A stretch of 64,000 nucleotides of DNA from Gonapodya sp. JEL0774 (Eukaryota). The translations under genes and the position numbers were made by a program. Below, in pieces: positions 10,794 to 23,563 of the stretch. Below the pieces are notes generated by a model. It had not been told where the DNA came from and made no database searches. It worked only from the letters and a program-made list of their open reading frames with translations. The stretch's first letter is position 1; the number at the start of each line of letters is the position of its first letter. The stretch lies in assembly GCA_027604505.1 (NCBI GenBank), contig JADIIX010000030.1:1-64000 (forward strand), read 5' to 3'.

Positions 10794-11772
10794 CTATTCG
10801 TGTAGCTCGGTTGGAGGTTTATGCGGACGGTTGTAGGAATACTTTGAGGAGAAATAGGGACGCGGAAGAGGTTTGAGTCTGAGTAACGACAGGTCCTTCC
10901 GCCGATGTATCTTCGTGACCAAAACTCTTACCGGGGGGTACTCGTGATCTAAAGTGTAGTCCCACCAGAGGTCGAAATCCTCGGGATCCTCCGCAGGGTC
11001 CTTGTAAGGAGGAAAGTCTTCTTCTCTGACGAGCACAATCTCGCCCGTTTCTTCACCAGAGGAAGCAGGCGCGGCTTCAAGAGAAGGCTGGAGACATGTA
11101 ATACAAAGTTACCGTACAATGAAGCACATCTCTCCCAACGCGGACACGAACCACTGCAGGGACAGCAGGCTTGCTGAAGGTTTCGGGAAGGTCCACAGTT
11201 TCCGTGGTGGGAGCGGGTTTGTACGATCGGAGGGCGTTCACGTAGATGGACTGCACAAAGTCCGCCTCTGTTTCCGAAAACAAATCATGAAAACTTCGTC
11301 ATTGGCATCCGAGGAGGAGCAAGTAGCAAACCTTCAGCGCGCTTGGGTGTAGACGAAGCGAAACCACGGGATCCGATAACTGGACGGACAAATCGCCCCG
11401 GAGCCTACAATGTGAGTAGAAAACCCTCTAGATTGAGACCAGTAATTGCCCACACGATCAAACAAATCATCATCCATTCGGTGCCTGAATCCAGACCCGG
11501 CTCCTCGATATATCTGTCATCCTCCATCAAGAAACGCTGCAACACTCCCCGACCCTATGTCATCGGCCCAGTACCGAAAATGTTTGTCTACCATGTCCTC
11601 GCCATGCATTATCTTCAATTCCACGCTCCTTCTGGCTTGGGTTGGTGATGCTGAATGCGTTGTCTTCCTCTCGCCATGGAAGAGTACCAGCCGTCGCATC
11701 TCCCAAGAAACTCACGAGCACCGCCTGCGCTCTAGCGAGGGACGCCCAGCTTCCTGCGCTTCGTGCGAACAT
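10794..11772 (-). CDS. ATP14: Mitochondrial ATP synthase subunit h
   Basis: Arg-rich, acid-free presequence MFARSAGSWASLARAQAVL|APGRFVRPVIGSRGFASSTPKR followed by DFVQSIYVNALRSYKPAP, which matches the fungal subunit h pattern DxVQxLYLxxLxxYKP. The exact 3' splicing is uncertain. Confidence 0.75.
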
Positions 11773-11911
11773 CTTGCCAGCTACGAACCAAGTCGATAGC
11801 AGAAAATTGGCAACCCTGTGCACGGTCCCACATATGAAACAAGTTCACCACATACTTATGCAATATGTCTGCAGGCTATTTACATCCGCGAGAGTATATG
11901 TTCAGAACTAT

Positions 11912-14900
11912 CTAATGTCCAGGTAGTACCTCATTTGTATGATGACCGTTCTCCGAGCTCGTCCCAACATTCTGTCCGATTAAATGTGCAACCTCTCCGA
12001 CAGTTTCGGATCCAGATGGTGCGAAGGCACCTAATAAACCTGCGACACTTTCGCCATTAGAATGCGTTGGTATTGTAGCCCCAGCCGAACTCTGGGCACC
12101 AACATCGGTTGAACTGGTGGTAAACGAGCCCAACTTGGGTGGCGGCCCAATTACAGGCATGGGCCATCCCGAAGCAGGTATCTGTGATAAATCGCGTGTG
12201 TCTTTCAGTTTAGACGGTTTCCGGCCCACTCTTGATTTGATTTGGGGCAGTTGCTGAGGTGGTCGGGTTCCCCCACTGCCATCAACCAAAGGGATTGAAG
12301 AAGACGTAGTTAGAGGCATGGTGGACGGCAGTTGTGCTTCGGGGATGGTGGTTGAAGTGCCGAGAGTCACGGAAGGTCCAGACGCCATTGGGAATATCAG
12401 GTGACCCCCCTGCTGCAGTGGAACTGAAATGCCGTTGAAGGTTTGGCCACCTGGCATGGTAAATGGCATAGGTCGAAAGATACCGCTTGTTGATATTGGA
12501 ACGGGAATCGGGGCATGTGTACCGATTACACCGGCGGTTGCTGGTGCCGAACTCGAAGACACTCCAGGATTGATTCCATTCGGCAACACTGCACCATCAA
12601 CATCTTGTGTATTGCTGCTAATCTCTGCTCGGCCGGGAGCAGAAATTTCTTTCGGCCTCTTAACGGAAGAAGGCCGATCTTCGCTGTCGAGTTTCCGCTT
12701 CATCCCACCGGTATGAATCCTGTCGTCAGTCTCCTTCCTGCCAGAGGCAATGGAGCCATCATTTTTGGACGCACTCGTATTGCCTCCGTGGCCTCCCCCC
12801 GCGCTTACTCCTGTCACAGGTATGGGCGACCCCGAGCCCGCCAGTCCGGTCACCCTCCGCTCCTCGCCTGACACAGGAAGGGAACGTCCAAGGACTGGTG
12901 ATGTACCCGTTGGTCGAGGCCTGACTCCGACAGAATGGAAGGTACTTGCTGGTGCCATAACCCCCGGTATGCCTCCAATGGTGGTTGGCAAGCCAATTGT
13001 TGTCGTGCCTGTCACGGAAGTGGACGCCGCAAAGGCCATAGTGTTCGGAAACACACTAGCTGAAGAGAATGGTCCACTGAACCTGGCAAGGGCCGGATTC
13101 TTTTCCAGAGTGCCTGGAGGTAATTGGGCAAATGCGATTCTCCACTTCTCGTCCATTTCTGGTTGCATGCCGCTGTTGAGACCCTGACTTCCAGGCGGTA
13201 ATTGACCTAGAGTACCCGGCAACGCCGGACGGAAATAGTTGCCATGGTTATAGTTCCCCACATATGCAGGTGACCCGCTAGGCATAGTTCCATGCCCATT
13301 CGCTTGCTGCCCTGATGGTCCGACAACAGTACCCCCGATTACGAGCGGCCTCACTGGAATTGGCTGTTGGAAGGGTGGCAGGTTCGTCCTTCCAATGTAT
13401 ATCCCCTTCGCAATATCTGCCTGTAGCTTCTTGTTAACCTCATTGACCAGCTCCTTGGGACTGAAAGATTTGAACAGGGTCCCTTTTGGAGTGGTCAATC
13501 CAGATTCAGTATTCGAGGGACGATGAAGAGGTGTAAGTGACCCCGCAACAATCGGTGCCACCCGATCGGGGGAATTCACTCTGGACTCGGGAGCAGAATC
13601 GCCTCGCGAGATGGCACGGCTTCGGTCGGGTGAACCGGGCCTTGAAGGAGGACGCACCATGAGCTTGATCTTGCGTCTGGGTGATGCACTGGCCGATTCT
13701 GGAGCGGATACAGAAACTGAAGTGGAAGTTGGTGGCTCATTGGCTGCCATTGTATCATCCTCGAGAATCTTAACCGCATCTGCATGACTGGACAGCTTTC
13801 CATATGCATTCGCCGTTGCATTGAGGGATAAAATCGAGTCTTTAAGCTTTCTCACAGTTACTCCAGTGACCGGGATGTTTGAGATGTCAACGGGTTTCCT
13901 CGCTGGTCGTCTTTGTATGGTTGTGGGGGAAAGTCCAGGCATGAACGGTCGAGGCAGCAATTGACCTGAAGTTATTGGCCTAATCGCAACAGACGATGCA
14001 CTTTGCACTGGCGATTGACCAGTTTGAGCCGGGGGGTGTACCACCTTAACTCGACCCACAGTCGCAGGATGTATAGATGGTCCAATCACCACTGATCCTG
14101 CTGACTGAACACCTCTAGTAAGTTGAGCCATCGTTCCAGCTGGAACAGGTTTTCCAACGGCGGGCACTCCGACATGACTGGGCACAATGATGCTATTCCG
14201 AGGAAGCTTCGGTATGAGCTTGTTATCTTGCCAAACCTCCCCCTTCTCTTTAACGCCCGAGGTTTCGAGTGGCTGAGCTCTCCTCCGTGATCTTGTTGTT
14301 GGTCTCTCAGTTTCCTCACTGTCATCATCTCCCTGCAGAGAATGTCCCACATCATCGCCATCTTCTTCGAGCGCTTCTCCCTCGTCGTCATCGTCTGAAA
14401 TCCCTGCTGCATCTTTCCTGGCAGCATTCTTCCGTGAGACTGTTCTCCGCGGTATTAATCGAACTTCCCTCTTAGCAGATGCAGATGCTTTATCTCGGTC
14501 ATCCTCTTCTTCTCCATCCTCGTCCTCGTCCTCGTCACTCTCCTCTCTCCTCCTTCCTGTTCCTGCCGCTGCCGCACGCGCAGACGTGGTTATTATCCTC
14601 CGACCCTTTACGTTAATCTCTACAGCAGTCACAAGAGGCCGTCTGCGATTCGTCCGGGCAACTTCTGACCTTCCCCCTCTGCCAGAACGAACCTCATCCT
14701 CTGAATCACTGGGTTCTCGATTTCTCCGATGCATCCATCCGCTTTTGTGCGTGCCGCCTTCAGCTAAAGGAGCTCCCCACCGTCGTCGCCTGGTTCCGCC
14801 TGCTGTAGAATTCATACCCCTTAACTCCCAGCTCCTTTCACCACCCTCCTCACCTTCACTCGACCCTGTCTCGCTTGCACTCCAAACCCGGTTCCCAGAT

Positions 14901-17900
14901 AAACCTCGCCCACCCGCCCGGTCGTCATCTGTATCTTCGCTCTCCCCCGAAGTGTAGTAGTACCTCCTTCTTTTTGACCTCCTCGCCGGCTCAGGTGGTG
15001 AAGTACGTCTCGGTGGCTCATATCCCGCCACATAAGAGCCTCCAACGGAAATATCAATAACAGGTCGGGGGGGAGCAATCGTGATGCTGGCTCTAGCAAT
15101 GCGAGTGTCCACAGCGGACGACACAGCATCACGGCGAACCAACTCTTCTTCAGCGATTCGACCAAGCAGCTCAAGCGGAGACAAATCCACTTGAGTCGAA
15201 TTGACGATTGATGCATTTTCGACAAGTGCCGGTGCACCGTTCGCGGGAGGGGGGTGTGGCACTACGCCAAAGGTTGCCAACATATCTTGAAGTTCTGCGA
15301 CACGCCGAACGTGATCAAACTTGTCACGTGTATATTCGTCAAGGGCCAATTGAGATCTCCGGCGGAGGGACTCTACCTACCGTGCACAATTGGAGTAAAT
15401 GAAGAGATCGTTAATCGTATCCAATTTGCACATCCGTTAATGTGGATTCCAGAACAGACAGAGTCTTAAATCCCCACAAAACGTACCTCTTTCTCGAATT
15501 TCTCCCTGTACTCTACTTCAAGCTCCTTTTTGGCAATAGCGACGGGATTCTCGTCATCTCCATCCACTAGTTCAGACTCAAGGACATTCACAGTAAGGTC
15601 TGCCTCTATAGACGATGTGTTAAGACCTTCATTTTGTGGTGGCATTGTCTTCTCCACTGCCTCGACCGTTTCAAGGTTCGGCTGTGACTCTGATTCTCTA
15701 TCGATGGCACAATCTGACACAGAAGTGTCCGCAACCCTGGCTTGAGTAACGGCTGTCTCGTTTCCCTCATCGACTTCAGCGATTTTGGTCTCCGGAGACT
15801 CGTCTTGTGTTACTCCACTCTCTACCTCTGCTTCCACTACTTTTGTGCCACTCACAGCTCTGGAGTCGGCGGCTACGGTTCCCGACGTCATTGCTTCGGA
15901 AATGTCGTCAGCTAGTGCTTTGCATTTCTCCCTTATTTGCGGGTTCAGCTGTGTCAAAAAGGCCGGAGACGCGAGGAGGGATAGTGCAGAAGCAACGGAG
16001 ACGAGTTTAGGTGGCGATGACTAAGGTGACGAGTCCAGTGGAGCCAGGTGGTGAGCACAAATTTACGCTTCTACTTAACATTCTATGCGGCCATGAGTCT
16101 CACCTCGTCCACTTCTGATTCCATCCCGGGACCACTTGCCCCTTCCATACCGGCTCCGGGACTCTCGGTCGGCTTCTCAGTATCAGTGCATGCGTTGTCC
16201 AATTTTTTGTCACTGGAATTATTGTCCACGACCACATTCGTTTGTTCTTTGTCTGGTTCTTTGGTGGCCGACGGAACGTCATTAACATCTCTGCCAAAGT
16301 CCATGGCCTCGTCCTCGAGCCCTGTAGCCCACCCTTCTCCACCAAATAGCTCCATCAGATCTGGTTCATCATTCTCTCCTGCGACGGATCCCCGGCCTTC
16401 GCCTGTGCTGGGTCCATCCTTGTCTGTACTGTCAAATCCTTCTCCACTCTCCTCTTTCTCCAGGGTCTCCGAGATTGACTCCAATGTTTCACGATCTTTG
16501 CTGCCACCTTGCTCAGAGTTACTCAACAGTGCGTCTGAGGCGACAACCGACATCTCCGCAGTGATCGGTCTCCCCGACGTTGCACCGACTGGTGTACTAG
16601 AACTCTGACCTTCTTTTATGATCGACGAGTGGCTCTCATTGCCAGTCGGCGCCCCTCCACTCAAAGAACTCACTTCCAGAGACTGGCCTACTCCACCAGC
16701 TATAGTCGCTGCAGTTGTACTGGGCCCAGGCTTGTCTCCCGGCGGCAAAAATACCAAATCAATCCTCCAATTAGCTCGTTCACCCCACGTGAGAATCTGC
16801 TGTCTCGCCTGCGCAGAAAAAGCCTCTAAATTTTTTAGATGCGCAGCCACGGCTGGGGGAGGTGGGGGACCATAAAGGTGGGGCGCAGGGCGTGGAAAAA
16901 AAGGATTGAAATGTGGGGGAAATGGCGAAGGTGCTGTGAGCGGGTACTGGATTGTTGCAGGGTTGCTGCCATGTGGACGAATAGGCGGCCGCGCAGCAAA
17001 GTGTCGGGGTGGTAGCACACCGGTTTGTGTGTTGCTCCCGGTCGACGCAGGGACGGCAGTCACAGGTTTATTCCCGGACGGTGCATACTGACCGATAGAT
17101 GAGCGGCGAGAGGAGGTGTCCGAGAAGGGAATGGCAGAGGTCGCGGAAGTGATCGCTCCTGCCATGTTTGCAGGTGCATCCAATGTGCCGACAGTGGAAC
17201 TATTAGAAGCACTTTCACTTCCTCCCGGTCCCGTACGGTCAACTCGATCGCCTGTGGTGCCTTCTTTCAAGTCGGCTCCACTCCGTGATGATTGACTGTT
17301 CCCTTCTCCGCTTCCACGCTTGCCTTTGGCTCTCCCCCCACTACCTGAGAGCCCAGCCGCACCCGATAATTTTAATCCTAAGTTCGTTCCTGCGGTTGTC
17401 AGATTGGTTTGCGTTGGTCCCTTGACGTGTATGGATGGCCAAGCCGTGCCTGGTTTTGCAACGGGCGGGGATTCGGACACCGCTGCCGCCATTCCAGCGG
17501 CATCAGACTGAGTCGACGGTTGCATGTGATTCTCGGAGAGGCGGGGGGTGGTTGCGGCAACGGAACCTGGCTCGGTCGAGGGAACAACGCTTGGACCCGT
17601 GTTTGAGGGAGAAGATAGGGTGATGGAGGTCGGGGGAGAAATCGATAAAAGAGTGGTAGGTGGGGAATCTAGAGAAGGAGGAGGCTCCGATACTGATTGG
17701 GCGGGATTTGAGGGTACTGAAGTAAGAGGTTGTGAAAATGTCGAAATTTCAGCGACGGACGACGCATGTGGGGGTGAGGAAGTAGGCATTGGTGCAACAG
17801 ATGCATACGCTCGTGAGCGAGCAGTTACAGGCGTACGTGTGGTGACAGCAGCTTTCACTGCAAGTTGCGGTGTCGCCAAAACAGCAGCTGCTGCTCTGCG

Positions 17901-18014
17901 TGCAGATGAGCGCGTGGGACGGCTCGCAGGGGGGTTGTCCACAGAGCCTGCCTTAATAGATGAATCGGAGCCTTGTGATATTGCTGCCCCGGAAGGCGCA
18001 TCCTCCAAGTCCAT
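11912..18014 (-). CDS. Large (about 1950-2000 aa) low-complexity, likely disordered protein with a central coiled coil; function unknown
   Basis: ORFs of 652, 163 and 1145 aa can be joined by GT-AG introns near 16.02-16.10 kb and 15.38-15.49 kb. The sequence is S/P/G/A-rich with acidic and basic tracts and an NLS-like RRSKRRR. Confidence 0.8.
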
Positions 18015-19134
18015 TGAGCACCCCGAGCACCTTGAATTCAAGGGAACCGCTCAATCGGAACAACAGAAGGCTGTGCAGCGCTAGAAAAATCATCACCAAC
18101 ATAAGTTCAAAAAGTACGCAAAGAAGCTTTGATTCATCTGAAACAGCTCAAGAGGAAATTGATGCATCATAATCGTGGAACACCAGAGCTCCTTCTGCGA
18201 ACTGCAGGTTAAAAATTTCCACGATCTGCATTCACTGGATCCGACCCAGCAACGCCAACTTCGCTCTGGAAACCTCATATGGGAAAAAAGATGCAGGAAG
18301 CGATGTGTCGTGTGTCTCAATGATCTTTGGAATCTCCTTCTCATTCAGTCTCCTGACCACGATTTCCATCGGTGTTGCGCAGGCCTATTCATAAACCGCA
18401 TTCTGGCTCTGGTTCCATTTTGGTTTGCCGCATCAAGGTCTGCCGGGAGTCCAAAGGTTTCATTTGACCTCTTCCCCAAGCTCCATTCTCCCTCCACTTC
18501 CCACGAATCCCGGCTTCTTCAGCTCCTTGCATCCTCGGAGTCTCAACCAAGCTGTGGCGCTCACCTGCGCTCCTGTTAGGGACTGTTTTCACGCTCTTGT
18601 CAGTCCTGATGAAGGGTGGGCAGTTTCACAGGAAACCAACCGCTTCTCCACACAACCTGTGTTGTGGCGGAGGGCTGTGCCACACATCATATATTTTGAG
18701 CATCACTCTTGGGCACCTCTTATAGTAACTGAAAAGCACTGACAGGAAATACTTTCTCTATTATCGTTGTTGAAACTGTCGAGAGGGGAAGAGGGGAAGT
18801 ACAGTTGCCACCAGTGTGTTTGTGGCGGCGCACAAATGACGGCACCCACACATTCACACGAAATGACAGTCCATGTTACTGTCAGACACTGCTGCCAAAA
18901 ACAGTAATGGAAGATGACTGGTGCCTTCTGTGCCGCCTCTACTAAATATATGACCAGGCTACGCAAAGATGTTAACGCTCCTACAAAAAAAATGACCCGA
19001 TCTTGTTTCGTTTCCATTAAATCTACAGTTGCCTCTAATATCGATAATACAGTGATAATGCAAGGTCTATCATAACGTGATAGTACAATTCCTTCGGCCA
19101 GAAGAGTTAAAGATTGTGATCGCACATGACCGAA

Positions 19135-20289
19135 TCAGACGTCCTTCTTCGTCTCTGACTGAGAATGTGTTGTCCGCTCATGTTCTCTTTCACCGAATCT
19201 GGTGCCACGAGACAAGCAAGTGGTTTGGTCGCGAGTGATTCAACGGATATGTGAGTCCATGTGGTGAGCAAAAACCAACTTACCCCAAATAAGAGAAAGC
19301 TTTCTCGACCGCCCATTCTACAGGGTGATCAAACAAGAATGGCAGGGCTGGCACGACTGATAAGCCGGCAATAGTTGGACCTGTGAAGCAATCCCGGTTT
19401 CACAATCAAGTCGGGTCCTGTCACAACATCGGGAATGCACAACCGACATACCCCATCGACGCAACACGACGTTTTTTGTGGTTTTCTTGAACAAGTTGCT
19501 CGCGAGGTGGACGGTTTGGTGAATGGTAAAGGCGGGGCTAATGCAATCAGGCAAAGTAGTGTGAACAATAAACTGATGACGAACTTTCGCACAGTTGAGT
19601 CAATATGACATGAATGTTTCACGGTAGCCAAGTCGATTTGACAAAGGCAGACAAAGTATGTGAGAATCCAGGGACAGTTTGCGCACTTGTGCTGTGTTTG
19701 GCACTGGCAACAGCTCTGTTCCTGTATGTGTGTCTTCCGAACACTCGGTCCCATGCTTTCTCACTGTGCAATCAACAAAATCCGTACCGAAAGCAAGGCC
19801 CGAACTCACAGTGCCATTGATGCCACACTCTGAAATACGGCTCTTTTCACCACCACCTCGCCGACATCGCGGTTCGTGGAGTTGGATTTGCGCTGCTCAA
19901 GATAGCCCGCAACAGAAACGTCAATTACCTGTTCACATGAATGTTAACGTTCTTGGTCCCACGCCCCACGAAGCAATCGCCTCGAATTCTCACCAAATAT
20001 GCCCATGACACACCGTAAGCAGCCCTGACGATAGAAGGAGGTACCACAGGCCTGAACGCTTCACCGACATCGGATGTATAAGCTTCATCATGTGTGAACG
20101 AATACGTTTCGAACAGGAATCAGATTCTTCGACGCACGTCCGTCCCAGTCTCTAAGGAAAGAAAAACTCACCCAAATAACGTGATGACGCCTTGGCGAGT
20201 CTTCCCAGTCGTCCCGCATATCCGAGGTATCGCAGTTGGTTGTCCGTGAGTTCCGGGTTGGTCGTTTTCTTGGTCTCCATAACGCTCAT
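19135..20289 (-). CDS. MTFP1: Mitochondrial fission process protein 1 (MTP18 family), 6 short exons
   Basis: Manual splicing gives MSVMETKKTTNPELTDNQLRYLGYAGRLGRLAKASSRYL|AYTSDVGEAFRPVVPPSIVRAAYGVSWAYL|VIDV...KRAVFQSVASMAL|PAFTIHQTVH...RRW|GPTIAGLSVVPALPFLFDHPVE...KKDV*, which contains the hallmark MTP18 motifs. Confidence 0.93.
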
Positions 20290-21618
20290 GATTCAAAACG
20301 GTCAGAAAGAGGCAGTTCAGGGACGGAAGCTCGGCGTGATGACAAAAAAAAATGTGTGAGATGTGTTGAATGAAGTGGGGAAGTGGGGCACCTGCTGAGT
20401 GTGACCACAGTCGTCGGAGATTTTATGCAAAGTAAGTTGGAGCATCAGTCTCCGTGATTCGTTTACGCAATTTCAGGGGATCGATAATTTTCAAAGTGAA
20501 CACTTTACCTAAGAACTCAGCCAGAACCCACCCTTCACTGTCCATCCCGCTGCCAGGAGTTGACGCCAGGCAGCAGGTACGCGCTCGAGCCGTGAGCGAG
20601 CGGGCCACAAGGTTTTCCAACGCGAGCGGATTGCGTTATAACGAACTTGTGATAGTAAATTAAACATAGTATGTTTCATTTCTTATTGCTTCTGAGAAGT
20701 TCTTTGAAGCTGCCCATCGATCTGTGAATGATATCAATCGATCTCTGCAGCCGCCGCACTGCCTTCGATCGAAGCTCGATTCCACTGGCAACACTTGAAC
20801 TCGGAGATTTATGTGAGAGTTTATTCCCCTTGCTCATCGGTTTGCCGGAACTATGTTGACCCAACATAGTTGAGCTGGTTCGTTTCCGTAAGCAATTGCT
20901 GACAGACAATCAATCTATCTGGCTCAATCAACATCAAGTATCCTCTACCCCACCTGCATCACAGAATTCGTCGACACCAACAGACATTAATAAGTGTTTG
21001 GCCTGGGATGCGAATGTCGACTCCGGCCGGCAACAACAGTCGGCCACCCCACCTGCGTGACCGCTCAGCCTTTCAAGTCTCTTGGCTCTCTTCATCGGGT
21101 CAGATCCCCTCGTTGACGTCAACCAGCAGCATCGCAGCATTGTGTCACTCTCGCCCTCTCCAATCCACCTTACATTTTTTGGTGGAGAGTGAACTATCTG
21201 ATGTTTCGAAAACTTTTTGATCCAAACTTTGGTGTCACTATTCCTTCATTCCTTTCACCATCAACTTGTCTCATTGTTTGAGATTCCCGCTGTCATACAA
21301 GTCTTTATCCTCGCAAGGGGAGAAGTCTACATTGGGTCTTCTGCCTGCAGGTAGGGACCTGGTTCAGGGTTTGTCTGGCCTGATGTAGCTCTGAGCCACG
21401 AAGTACTGACTAGATTTTGGAGTTTTTACATTGCACAACTGTAATTTCCAACAGATGTGTCCTCGGAAAGTGTCTGCTTGTTTAGTTTATGCATCGAGTG
21501 CAGCAAGGTTGAGTGGAGCGTGTGTTATGTTGCTATTTCTCATTTATCATTATGCTGATTTAGAGTCTTGTCCGCGTGAAATGCATCCTATCGTAAAATA
21601 CTGATCCAGTGCAGGTAC

Positions 21619-23457
21619 TCAGTTCTGCAATACCGATAAATCCCCCAACAGTGATCGCGCTCCGTGGAGGAACACTTCCGTTCCCTTTGCCTTCCATTTC
21701 ACTCCTTCGCGGCGATTTGCTGTGACAACTGCCCACTTGTGTGCGTGGGCATGCTCAAATATAGCATTTGGGTCCTCTCCACGTTGTCGACTTCGTGGTC
21801 GAAGTGTCCGAGTAAGCTCATCACTTGTCCTCTGCTGATGTACAACTGTAACGTGTGGAAGTTGGCGTGGGGGAGGAGTGCAAGGATCAAAGAGAGTGGG
21901 CAAGACAAAGTGACTTGAGGTCTCAAGGTCCCCGATCTTTGTCAAAGCGGTTACAATATCCAACCAGGCAATTTCACCAGTCAAATTCTCTTGCATGCTG
22001 TTTTGATTCGGATTTGTCTCAATGTCCCCGTCCAGAACCATTGCGTCACATGACTCTGATCTTTCTTTCACCATTTTCCTGACCGCCTCTCCAACCACCT
22101 CCCACGACTTGGTGTCTGAAGAAACCTGAAGAAAGTCGCACACTTCTGACCACGGCACAAACAGGCCTCTTGCGCGGGCTCGTTCCCGTGCATTGGCAAT
22201 GGTACCAATGATCGAGACGAGTTTCTTGATAACGTACGTTGTCGTCGAAAGATTCAAACTCGAATCATGAGGTACCAAAGAAAATCTCAAATGGTGCAAC
22301 AGAGGCTTTTGAGAAGGTACGCGGTCCATCAACTGTTCCTCCTCAACTTGCAACCTCATGGGATGATTTGCCTTAAGGGTGCCAACATGGATCAGAAGAT
22401 TTGCAGTGGATGCAGGATCCACTAACCACGGGAAACAGGAATCAACTGATGGTTCGAGTCTAGCTTCGGGTGAGAGAAACGAGACGTCGGACACGAGCCC
22501 GATAAAAGTAGTCACGTCAAGAACAGCAGTGGGCGCCACAATCGTCGAGTAGATCAACTGTCGGTCTGGTGTCGCATAAGCTCCATCTCGTGTAGCATAT
22601 GGATATCGGCGTTCCAACTTTGGTTGGCTGTGATTGTCTGTCCCTGTCTCGATCTCACAGCGAATTCCTATGTCTTCTAAATGCCCTATTAGCTGCTTCT
22701 CAAATTCGTGGTCAACAGAAGATTCGACAGGTTTAGACCATCGCGCAAACTTAAAAATGACGGCAGGCACAGTGTAATTGACGGGAAAGGCGGCGGCGGC
22801 GGCGAGGTAGGACTTTGCAATGCGAATAATTCGAGGCGGTTGATTGAAGAGATAGTCGGGTGGCGGTGCTTTGCCGGGACAGGTAATGTGGGCATCCTCG
22901 TCACAGTCCGGGAAAGATTGTTCCGAATCTGAATCCTCCTCCTGCAAGAGCTCAGCGCGAAGCCCTTGTTGATTCCTGACAATAACTTTAACCCAACGTC
23001 GACCTCCGTCTGCGACAATGTCGATTCGGACCTTCGACTGATGTGATGGTGCAAAAGGGACCCCATCCTTCGAGATGATGGTTTTAGACGGCAGAGAAAA
23101 CTGCCGATAAACTGCGACTGGATCGGTTTCGGATACAAGAGTCGACGCGACAGCCTCCAGGCTATCCAGAATTAACTTTCTCAGCTAACGTCTAATGCAA
23201 CCAATGCAACCTATATCATAGGCCACTCACTGTGGAACATTCGAGCATTTCACAGCTGAAAGCAGCGCATTGTAGTTGTCGCATTTTTGCATCACTCGTC
23301 TCAAAAACTTCATCTCGGCGTTGAGGAGACTAATGAAACGAGCTTTGCCGGTGATGTTCGGGATCCCATCCGCGCATTTCTTCGCCCGCTCAATCAGATT
23401 CTCGGCGAGTTTATACGGTGAGAAAGCGGTATCATTCTCGCTTTCCAATTCGTCCAT
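21619..23457 (-). CDS. DUF1308 / UPF0415 (C7orf25-like) protein, 2 exons
   Basis: Motifs SNVPHLEAV, IDIVADGGRRWVKV, LDVTTFIGLVSDVS, VVTAN and VFLHGARSL are characteristic of this family. One GT-AG intron lies at about 23162-23230. Confidence 0.85.
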
Positions 23458-23563
23458 CGTCTGTCCCACCAGAGACCAATTTCGGCGTACATATCAGCAC
23501 AACGCTGCGGCCCGGCACACCAACACCACAGCATTCCATCGTTTTCTTAATTACAGATTGTGA

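Noticed and set aside
5708..17623. Numerous antisense and alternate-frame ORFs in the track
   Set aside because: They are shadows of long real exons in moderately GC-rich DNA, with no independent motifs.
20740..20890. ThiS/Urm1-like protein from LELGDLFELVRF
   Set aside because: There is no C-terminal Gly-Gly and no supporting beta-grasp sequence upstream.
22451..22465. tRNA T-loop-like GGTTCGAGTC
   Set aside because: It lies inside the DUF1308 CDS and no cloverleaf can be formed.
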